Shown here one piece after another: positions 51,046-64,000 of a stretch of 64,000 nt of DNA; the stretch's first letter is position 1, and each line of letters opens with the position of its first letter. The DNA is taken from NCBI RefSeq assembly GCF_009914755.1, contig NC_060927.1. One strand, given 5' to 3'. The position numbers and the translations under genes are program-made. Below the pieces are notes generated by a model. The model saw nothing but the letters and a program-made list of their open reading frames with translations. It ran no database searches and had not been told where the DNA came from. This DNA comes from the human T2T-CHM13v2.0 reference genome, Homo sapiens.

Positions 51046-51146
51046 GTAAAAACCTTCTGTAAAGAAAAAAAAGAGTAAAATTTTAAAGTCAGTATTTCTC
51101 CATGTGAAAAAGTAAGTCCATCTGTGCCCCTCCTAATGCTTTATAG

Positions 51147-51328
51147 CTGTGATTCTCAAACTTTAGCATGTATCTAATGACCTGCAAGGCTGGTTAACAC
51201 ACAGGCCCTGTCCCCAGAGTTTTTGATTCATCAGATCTGAGGCAGGGCCTCAGAAGTTGCATTCCTAAGGAGTTCCCAGGTGGCACTGACAATGCTGTCC
51301 AAGGAACACACTTTGGGAAGCACCACTT
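51147..51328. mobile_element. MER5A-like MITE
   Basis: gtgattctcaaactttagcatgtatc...ttgcattcctaaggagttcccaggtg...cacactttgggaagcaccact. Confidence 0.75.
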
Positions 51329-51434
51329 TAGTACATGCTCAACAGAACTGCTAATGGGAGTTTTCATGAAGGTTGAACGTTAAATGCACTTGGCATCTGG
51401 TGGGGCCTAATAGGGAATCAAAAAATATATTTAA

Positions 51435-54400
51435 TCAAATATCAGATAGTTGCTGATGTGTGGTGTTATTTCTGAGGCCTCTGTTCTGTACCATTGGTCT
51501 ATATGTTTTTGTACCAGTACCATGCTGTTTTGGTTACTGTAACCTTGTAGTATAGTTTGAAGTCAGGTAGTGTGATGCCTCCAGCTTTGTGCTTTTGGCT
51601 TAGGATTGTCTTGGCTATGCGGGCTTTTTTTGGTTCTATATGAACTTTAAAGTAGTTTTTTCTAATTCTGTGAAGAAAGTCAGTGGTAGCTTGATGGGGA
51701 TAGCATTGAATCTATAAATTACTTTGGGCAGTATGGCCATTTTCAGGATAATAATTCTTCCTATCCATGAGCATGGAATGTTCTTCCATTTGTTTGTGTC
51801 CTCTCTTGTTTCCTTGAGCATTGGTTTGTAGTTCTCCTTGAAGAGGTCCTTCACATCCCTTGTAAGCTGGATTCCTAGGTATTTTATTCTCTTTGTAGCA
51901 ATTGTGAATGGGAGTTTATTCATGATTTGGCTCTCTGTTTATTACTGGTGTATAGGAATGCTTGTGATTTTTGCACATTGATTTTGAATCCTGAGACTTT
52001 GCTGAAGTTGCCTATCAGCTTAAGGAGATTTTGGGCTAAGATGATGGGGTTTTCTAAATATACAATCATGTCCTCTGCAAACAGAGACAATTTGACTTCC
52101 TCTCTTTCTATTTGAATATGCTTTATTTCTTTCTGTTGCCTGATTGCCCTGGCCAGAACTTCCAATGCTATGTTGAATAGGAGTGGTGAGAGAGGGCATC
52201 CTTGTCTTGTGCTGGTTTTGAAAGGGAATGCTTCCAGTTTTTGCCCATTCAGTATGATATTGGGTGTGGGTTTGTCATAAGTAGCTCTTATTATTTTGTC
52301 CTTCCATCAATACTTAGTTTATGAGAGTTTTTAGCATGAAGGGGTATTGAATTTTATTGAAGGCTTTTTCTGCATCTATTGAGACAATCATGTGGTTTTT
52401 GTCATTGGTTCTGTTTATGTGATGGATTATGTTTATTGATTTGTGTATATTGAAACAGCCTTGCATCCCCAGATGAAGCTGACTTGATCGAGGTGGATAA
52501 GCTTTTTGTCGTGCTGCTGGATTCGGTTTGCCAGTATTTTATGAGGATTTTCACATCGATGTTCATCAGGGATATTGGCCTGAAATTTTCTTTTTTGTTG
52601 CATCTCTGCCAGGTTTTGGAATCAGGATGATGCTGACCTCATAAAATGAGTTAGGGAGGAGTCCCTCTTTTTCTATTGTTTGGAATAGTTTCAGAAGGAA
52701 TAGTACCAGCTAGTCTTTGTACCTCTGGTAGAATTCGGCTATGATTCCATCTGGTCCTGGGCTTTTTTTGGTTGATAGCCCATTAATTATTACCTCAGTT
52801 TCAGAACTTGTTATTGGTCTATTCAGGGGTTTGACTTCTTTCTGATTTAGTCTTGGGAGGGTGTATGTGTCCAGGAATTTATCCATTTCTTCTAAGTTTT
52901 CTAGTTTATTGGCGTAGAGGTGTGTATAGTATTCTCTGATGGTAGCTTGTATTTCTGTGGGGTCAGCAGTGATATCCCCTTTCTCATATTTTATTGTGTC
53001 TATTTGATTCTTCTTTCTTTTCTTCTTTGTTAAGTCTGGCTAGCAGTCTATCTATTTTGTTAATCTTTTCAAAAAAACCAGCTCCTGGATTCATTGATGT
53101 TTTGAAGGGTTTTTCGTGTCTCTATCTCCTTCAGTTCTGCTCTGATCTTAGTTATTTCTTGTCTTCTGCTAGCTTTCAAATTTGTTTGCTCTTGCTTCTC
53201 TAGTTCTTTTAATTGTGATGTTAGGGTATCGATTTTAGATCTTTCTTGCTTTCTCCTGTGGGCATTTAGTGCTATATATTTCCCTCCAAACACTGCTTTA
53301 ACTGTGTCACAGAGATTCTGGTACATTGTGTCTTTGTTCTCATTGCTGTCAAGTAACTTATTTATTTCTGCCTTAATGTCATTATTTAGCTGGTAGTCAT
53401 TCAGGAGCAGGTTGTTCAGTTTCCATGTAGTTGTGTGGTTTTGAGTGAGTTTCTTAATCCTGTGCTCTAATTTGATTGCACTGTGGTCTGAGAGACTGTT
53501 ATGATTTCCTTCCATTCTTTTGCATTTGCTGAGGTGTGTTTTACTTCCAATTGTGTGGTCAATATTAGAATAAGAGTGATGTGGTGCTGAGAAGAATGTG
53601 TATTCTGTTGATTGGGGGTTGAGAGTTCTGTAGATGTCTATTAGGTCTGCTTGGTCCAGAGCTGAGTTCAAGTCCTGAAGATCCTTGTTAATTTTCTGTC
53701 TCATTGATCTGTCTAATATTTACAGTGGTGTGTTAAAGTCTCCCACTATTATTGTATGGGAGTCTAAGTCTCTCTGTAGGTCTCTAAGAACTTGCTTTAT
53801 GAATCTGGGTGCTTTACATATTGGGTGCATATATATTTAGGGTAGCTCTTCTGGTGGCATTGACCCCTTTACCATTATGTAATGGTCTTCCTTGTCTTTT
53901 TTGATCTTTGTTGGATTAAGGTCTGTTTTATCAGAGACTATGATTGCAACTCCTGCTTTTTTTTCTTTCCATTTGCTTGGTAAATATTCCTGCATCCCTT
54001 TATTTTGAGCCTATGTGTGTCTTTGCACATGAGATGGGTCTCCTGAACAAAGCACACCGATGGGTCTTGACTCTTTATCCAATTTGCCAGTCTGCAACTT
54101 TTAATTGGGGCACTTAGCCCATTTTCATTTAAGGTTAATATTATTATGTGTGAATTTGATCCTGTCATTATGATGCTAGCTGGTTATTTTGCTTGTTAGT
54201 TGATGCAGTTTCTTCATGGTGTCAATGGTCTTTACAATTTGGTATGTTTCTGCAGTGGCTAGTACCAGTTGTTCCTTTCCATATTTAGTGTTTCCTTCAG
54301 GAGCTCTTACAAGGCATGCCTGGTGGTGACAGAGTCTCTCAGCATTTGCTTGTCAGTAAAGGATTTTATTTCTCCTTCACTTATGAAGTTTAGTTTGGCT

Positions 54401-56170
54401 GGATATAAAATTCTGGGTTGAAAATTCTTTTCTTTAAGAATGTTGAATATTGGCCTATACTCTCTTCTGGCTTCTAGGGTTTCTGTTAGTCTGATGTGCT
54501 TCCCTTTGTGGGTAATCCAACCTTTCTCTCTGGCTGCGCTTAACATTTTTTCCTTCATTTCAACCTTGGTGAATCTGACGATTATGTGTCTTGGGGTTGC
54601 TCTTCTTGAGGAGTATCTTTGTGGTGGTCTCCATATTTCCTGAATTTGAATGTTGGCTTGTCTTGTTAGTTTGGGGAAGTTCTCCTGGATAATACCCTGA
54701 AGAGTGTTTTCCAACTTTGTTCCATTCTCCCCATCACTTTCAGGTACACCAATCAAATGTAGGTTTGGTCTTTTCCATAGTCCCATATTTCTTGGAGGCT
54801 TTGTTTATTCCTTTTCATTCTTTTTTCTCTAATCTTGTCTTCACACTTTATTTCATTAAGTTGATCTTCAATCTCTGATATTCTTTCTTCTGCTTGACTG
54901 AAAAAAACAAGCAATGGAGAAAGGATTCTCTATTTAATAAACTGTGTTGGGAAAACTGGCTAGCCATATGCAGAACACTGAAACTGGACCCCTGCCTTAC
55001 ACCTTATACAAAAATTAACTCAAGATGGATTAAAGAGTTAAACGTAAGACCTAAAACCATAAAAACCCTAGAAGAAAACCTAGGGAATACCATTCAGGAC
55101 ATAGGCATGGGCAAAGTCTTCATGACTAAAACACCAAAAGCAATGGCAACAAACGTCAAAATTGACCATTGGGATCTAATGAAACTAAAGAGTTTGTGCA
55201 CAGCAAAAGAAACTATCATCAGAGTGAATAGGCAACCTACAGAATGGGAGAAAATTTTTGCAATCTATCCATCTGACAAAGGGCTAATATGCAGAATCGA
55301 CAAGGAACTTAAACAAATTTACAAGAAAAAAACCCCATCAAAAAGTGGGCAAAGGATATGAATGGACACTTCTCAAAAGAAGACATTTATGCAGCCAACA
55401 AACATGTGAAAAAAAGATCCTCATCACTGGTCATTAGAAAAAAGCAAATCAAAACTACAATGAGATACCATCTCATGCCAGTTAGAATGGTGATCATTAA
55501 AAAGTCAGGAAACAACAGATGCTGGAGAGGATGTGGAGAAATAGGAATGCTTTTACACTGTTTATGGGGCTGTAAATTAGTTCAACCATTGTGGAAAACA
55601 GTGTGGTGATTCCTCAAGGATCTAGAACCAGAACTACTACCTTTTGACCCAGCAATCCCATTACTGGGTATATACCCAAAGGATTGTAAATCATTCTACT
55701 ATAAAGACACATGTACACGTATGTTTATTGTGGCAGTCTTCACAATAGCAAAGACTTGGAAACAACCCAAATGCCCATCAATGATAGATTGGATAAAGAA
55801 AATGTTGCACATATACACCATGGAATACTATGCAGCCATAAAAAAGGATGAGTTCATGCCCTTTGCAGGGACATGGATGAAACTAGAAACCATCATTCTC
55901 AGCAAAGTAACACAAGAACAGAAAACCAAACGCCGCATGTTCTCACTCATAAGTGGGAGATGAACAATGAGAACACATGGACACAGGGAGGGTAACATCA
56001 TACACTGGGGCCTGTTGGGGGTTGGGGGGCTAAGGGAGGTATAGCATTAGGAGAAATACCTAATGTAGATGACGGGTTGATGGATGCAGCAAACCACCAT
56101 GGCACATGTATATCTATGTAACAAACCTGCACGTTCTGCACATGTATCCCAGAACTTAAAGTATAATTAA
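51435..56170. mobile_element. L1PA7-like LINE-1 with 5' inversion: antisense segment 51435-54897, sense segment 54898-56170
   Basis: Minus-strand ORF1 and ORF2 fragments at 54307-54786, 53938-54168, 53069-53704 and 51636-52165. Plus-strand ORF2 C-terminus at 54894-55963, then 3'UTR. TSD atatatttaatc on both flanks. Confidence 0.93.
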
Positions 56171-58559
56171 AATATATTTATATATATATATATTTAATCT
56201 CCAAATTAACATTGATAGAAAAATCAAACTAAAACTATCAGAGTCAATCAGGAACTATCCACTTGGTGGTAACTGAAATACTAGATAGAATAGGTGAGCC
56301 TTGTGACCTTCTCAAAATCTAAACCATTCTCTTACCACAGCTTGAGGTTCCTCGTGTTTCAGGGGTTGTTAAGCTAGAGTCAATTCTGGGTTCACATCCT
56401 ACTTGTTGTGTGACCTTAAGCAATTTATAAACATCTCATTTCTCTGATTTCTTTATTTATAAAAGAATAATAATGATCTCTTCCCCTTAAAGTATTTGGT
56501 GAGACTACAATGATAGAAAAGAAATTAAACACATTGGTGCCTATAATCATAAACACTCAGCAACGAGTACTTATCACAGTTTTTATAATGTGGTGTTCAC
56601 TGGCCTATCTCAAGGAAAAGACTTCTGCTTCCATGCATTCATGACCCCAAAATGTGAGTAATCTCATGACAGGGGTCTCTGTGTTTTCCCATCCTAGAGC
56701 AGGATAGAAAAGGCTACTTTTCCAGTCAAATGGTCCCCTGGAGGTTCATTCTTTCCTCTTCTAAAAAAAATGCGGAGATAAATTAGCACTCAAAACTATT
56801 TAATTGCCAGAGCATTGGGAAAATAGACCACATTTGGAGGTAGACGCCACTTGTCTGAATGCTGTGCCAGCCAAATTATCAGTCACCAGTCACTCTCTTC
56901 ACATGGCTTCTGGAAAGCCTGCCTCTCCACACTGGAGCGACCTGGGCTTTCCCAATTCTTCTGGTTTGTGTCATTTCCCACACATGGTCCACCACCTCAG
57001 TGAAATTACCCTTCTCCTCTTTCACCTACCCAAACTCTTATAAATAGTGAGAGCCACTGAAATGCTTCAGTTAGACCCTGTTTCCCAGGCTCCATATGCT
57101 ATCAGGATCGGTTCCAGCAGCTCCACCACACCTCATGGTGGATATAATATCTAGCAAGACATCATAGCAGATTTATTTATCCTGCTGGAGTCTCACAACT
57201 CTCCCTGGCTCACACCCTGAGGTCAGCTTTGTTTCAGAATTAGGTTGAGATCTGCTGCCAGGTGATTCTTGGGTCTTTCCAGAAAAAAGTTTGGGGGCCT
57301 GAGTCCTGGCTCCTTAGATTTGTAGAGACAATTAAGGTCTTGTACATCTGAGTTTTCTCTATTGCTGAGTAAAATCGTCATGCTGAACTCACTGGCTGAA
57401 GTTGTAAATATTACCTGAACAGTCTAGCATAATCAGTGGGAGAGGAGGAGACGGGCTTTATCAAGTAAAGCCGTGTTCTGTTACAGACATGACAAGCCCT
57501 GTGAGCCAGAGCAGAGCCTGCCTAGAATTCCTCGCTGGGATGAAGCCATGCCTTCAGCAGATGACCCACAATTAACTATCTGCTGATGAAGACAAGGGTG
57601 GCATATATTTACTTTGCAATAAGTACACCATATTGGGTCCTTTTGAGATTGTCATTTGGGTGTGTAACATTTAAGATTTAACAGCTTTCTATTATAGAGA
57701 TCCTACAGCTTTATATTAGAAGATTATTCTGAAGTCATAACATTTTTTTAAAAAAGTAATTTCAGAAAAAAAAAAAGAATGTTACTGGGATAATGAGGAA
57801 TGATGTCTAGCTGCCTGGTGGTGGTCATCACTCTGCGTGCTTATTTTAGTTGGTTGCAGGCCATTAGAAGTCAAGTTGTCTGGTCACGAATGAAACGTTT
57901 ACAGTCTGCTTCAAGGCAATCAGGACTATCCATTCCCAGGAGTGAAATGTCTGCATTGCATAGACTGCAAGATTGGAGTGATAAATCACACATACTTTTT
58001 TTTATTTTTTTGCCAAGAGTTTGTAGGTTCCCATTATAAAAGCCAGGCACTTGATTTAGAATGTGTAAGGCAATCCTTTGGGAATGCTTTGGGATTCAGC
58101 ATAACTCTTTGAATGAACTGGAGCTTTGTGAATTACCTTTTTCTCCTCAGATCATAAGGTAGAAAAAAATTCCTTTTAACAAAATAGCATTCTTATCCAC
58201 CCACCTTCTGATCCAGGGGAGTACACTGGGTATTGACCTCAGGAAAGAGAACAAGGGAGTGAGGGTACAGGAAATGTTAGGAGTGTGAGCTTGAAGACAA
58301 AGACGACCCAACTGGCAAAGACAGCAGTTGTCAATCAGAGCAGATGAATCATCACATCAGCAAATATTCATTATATATCTGCTCAATAATAAGAAAAGCT
58401 TCTACCAAAGGCCAATGCTCCAGACCTCTCCCCGAACCTCCAGATTCACTTACCCACCTGCCTACCCCAGCAATGTACAGAGCATCGCAGCTCTGCCCTC
58501 TCTTCCACAAACCTGCCCCTTAGGATGAAAGATGTCAACCTCTGCCCAGGCCTCAAGCC

Positions 58560-60325
<1,766 letters not shown>

Positions 60326-60525
60326 TCAGGGGGCCTGTTTCCTGGAACAGATGGGCCTGAGCCTAGGATAAATGTTATTCATCAAGAAGAAATTGTAAAG
60401 GGGGAGGCCAAAAGTAGCCTGTGGTTCCATTCACAAATAACAACGGTTTTAAGACAACTTGGAAGAAGCCCTGCTAAGCCTTTACTGAAGCTCTCACAGC
60501 TGAGAGGAAGGGTGGCCTCAGAGAG

Positions 60526-61546
<1,021 letters not shown>

Positions 61547-61859
61547 AGAGGAAGAGCTGGTTGCTGCCCTCTTGTTCTTAGGTGAGTGAATACTTTTCTT
61601 AGAAGTGCCATGGACCCATCATTAGTCTCCAAATCCCATATAAAGGCAGAGACTTTATACAGTCTCCTTTGCTACAGTTCCAGTGCAAAATAAACTTCCT
61701 TTATTTTTTTTCACACTGCCATGAAAAATTAGAAATAAACTTCCTTTATAAATTAATTTGCTATTTCCCACCTAAACCTCTGGAGGTAATGCAGACCATG
61801 ATAATTCTCTATCTTTCCACCATCAAGGGCAGAGAGCAGGACAGCAAGCTGGCAAGACA

Positions 61860-62050
61860 GAAAAGAGAAATTTCTGGCAGTCAGATAGGCCTGGGTCTAG
61901 TTTCCAACTCTGACACTATCTGTGTCAATTTTAGCAAACTGTTTAATCTTTTAGAGCCTCAGTTTTCTCCTTCCTAGGAAGACTGGGTATTAAACAGGAT
62001 AATATAAATAAAATGTGGAATTTCATGCCCAGTACAAAGTGAGGTCACAG
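61860..62050 (+). mobile_element. MIR
   Basis: ggcagtcagataggcctgggt...gcaaactgtttaatcttttagagcctcagttttctcc. Confidence 0.65.
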
Positions 62051-62572
62051 TAGATTTTAGATACCTTCTCTTCATAATTACATCTTTTCACAATGTATTT
62101 TCTCTCCTAGTCTTCTGAACAACCTCATTAACACCACCCTAAGGATATAGAGTAGAGAAAACACAGTTAAAGACTCTCCCTTTGAGCAGGCCCAATGAGA
62201 CCTTGTCCAACTGGTCCAGCAAAAAGGGGCTGTGATATCCAATATTTATCTTGGGAGCAGGTTTTGCAGTTGCTGACATGATGAGCTATAATATGAAATT
62301 TTATCACTGATACCCAAGCTGTGATGCCATCATGCATGGGGTCTCGAACATTGCTGACAATTTGAGGCCTGATAACATTAAAGGGCTACCCAGGTTCTCC
62401 TATCAGGGTATAGCAGGGTGGTATAGTGGATAATCTCCTGAAATTAAGAGTCTTGGACAGGTTCCACCAATTACCCTTATTATCAACTTTTTTGAAGAGC
62501 CCTGAAAATTACACTTTATGGACTGCCAGTTTAATTCATGAACAAAGCTCTTAAATGCTGCTAAAAATACAT

Positions 62573-62885
62573 GGCCAAGTGCAGTGGCTTATGCCTGTAA
62601 TCCCAGCACTGTGGGAGGCCAACGCAGGTGTATTGCTTGAGCCCAGGAGTTCAAAACCAGCCTGCGCAACATGGAAAGACACCATCTCCACAAAAATAGA
62701 AATAAAAAATTAGCCAAGCATGGTGGTGCATACCTGTAGCCCTAGCTCTTCAGGAAGCTGAAGCAGAAGGATCACTTGAGCCCAGGAGGTTGAGGCTGTA
62801 GTGAGCTATGAACACACCACTACACTCCAGCCTGAATGACAGAGCTAGACCCTATCTATCTATCTATCTAAATTAATTAATTAAT
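62573..62885 (+). mobile_element. AluJ with (TATC)n/(TTAA)n tail
   Basis: ttgcttgagcccaggagttcaaaaccagcc...ggatcacttgagcccaggaggttgaggctgtagtgagctatg. Confidence 0.9.
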
Positions 62886-63046
62886 GAAAATAGAATACAA
62901 ACTGGAGAACCCTATTATAATCAGCACTGTTGTCATTATTATCATATACTGCTCTGTGAATTAACATAGACCATATGTCACATCATCCTTCTGGCCAAGT
63001 GGGTGTGTACATGTGTGTGATACACTTATACATGTAAATAACCTCC

Positions 63047-63148
63047 CACACACACTCACAGTCACACACACACACATACATGCACATACACACACACTTA
63101 TACACATTCAAGTACACATTCATTCACACACACACAAGCACACACACA
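63047..63148. repeat. Imperfect (CA)n tract
   Basis: cacacacactcacagtcacacacacacacatacatgcacatacacacacac... Confidence 0.9.
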
Positions 63149-64000
63149 TTGTTAGCCAAAGCTTGATAACCCACACTTAGTTTTGATGAAATTAAATCCT
63201 GCCTTCAACACTTACAACGTAACCAGTCACATTATCCTCACTGCTTTTGGGCTCAGCAGTCTGCAAAACAGAGTCTTGGAGTTATCACTTATTATTCACA
63301 CCAAGGCACCTTTTTTAAGCTGATAAAAACTTTTCAATCAACAATGACTTTCATGACTTTGCTGAGTTGATATTTTATGTAAATAATCAGCAGATATAAA
63401 TGACTTCAAGTAAACATAAACTCCTAAAACATCTTAGGGACACTGAAACAAAGGATTGAGAGTAAATAAAAGATTTAAAGGTTTAAATGCATATTTTAGC
63501 AATCATACAATGCCTGTTCCAAATAATTAATTTTGACTTCCCACATCTAAATCATTTTCGTTTTTATTAGCTCTCCTCAAACAGATTTATATGATAATGG
63601 CCATTTTTCATAAGGGTAGAAAAAAGAAGGAAAAAAAAAGACTATAAGCCAAGAGAGGAAAAGAGGGAACTGCTCTTTCAGTATTATTAAATCCTAAAAT
63701 AAATACAAATTAATTACTACTTCAATGTATGTCAGAACACCTAAATTTGGGGGGCTTCAAAGAAAACCTATCTTCTTTTGTAACGCCAAGTGCAAATTTA
63801 GATTCATGAATGGCCACTCCTGGAAGCAGCAAGTCTCAGATTCTCCATGGGCAAGTCTGAATGAAAGCAAGCAATCATTTCTCCCATTAGTTAGTATTTG
63901 CCAGAATTTCTGGAGATGGGATGGCCTGAATTCATCTCTTTGGGGTATTTTCAAAGCACTACTTTAAAAAGAGTTAAAAGTGATGTGAACTCTTGTATGC

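Noticed and set aside
53069-55963. L1 ORFs on opposite strands as two separate genes or an active L1
   Set aside because: One twin-primed insertion that is 5'-truncated and carries multiple stops and frameshifts.

Overview
Primate (most likely human or great ape) genomic DNA from the middle of the STAC gene (SH3 and cysteine-rich domain adaptor, STAC1) on the + strand. Six coding exons, probably exons 3-8, splice through GT-AG junctions with matching phases into one ORF: GTNAKHGLRCKACKMSIHHKC...[49 protein letters not shown]...TSDLVEVPEEANGPGGGYDLRKRSNSVFTYPENG...GSLSKDPLQMNTYVALYKFVPQENEDLEMR. This covers the C-terminal half of the C1 domain, the linker and the start of the first SH3 domain. 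The rest is intron dense in transposon relics: a full-length L1PB-type element with intact TSDs and two nested insertions, a complete THE1 MaLR provirus, a twin-primed 5'-inverted L1PA7-like element, an old L1M, MLT2A and MER4 solo LTRs, many Alus, L2, MIR and hAT MITEs. Most ORFs in the supplied track are repeat-derived or chance. I found no convincing new multi-gene system. The most notable leads are an orphan 36-bp inverted repeat pair, template-switch-like fold-back tracts, a three-arm Alu, a candidate SH3-truncating terminal exon and a block of antisense retroelement promoters. Repeat subfamily names and exon numbers come from recalled sequences and are not database results. Boundaries of old repeats are approximate.
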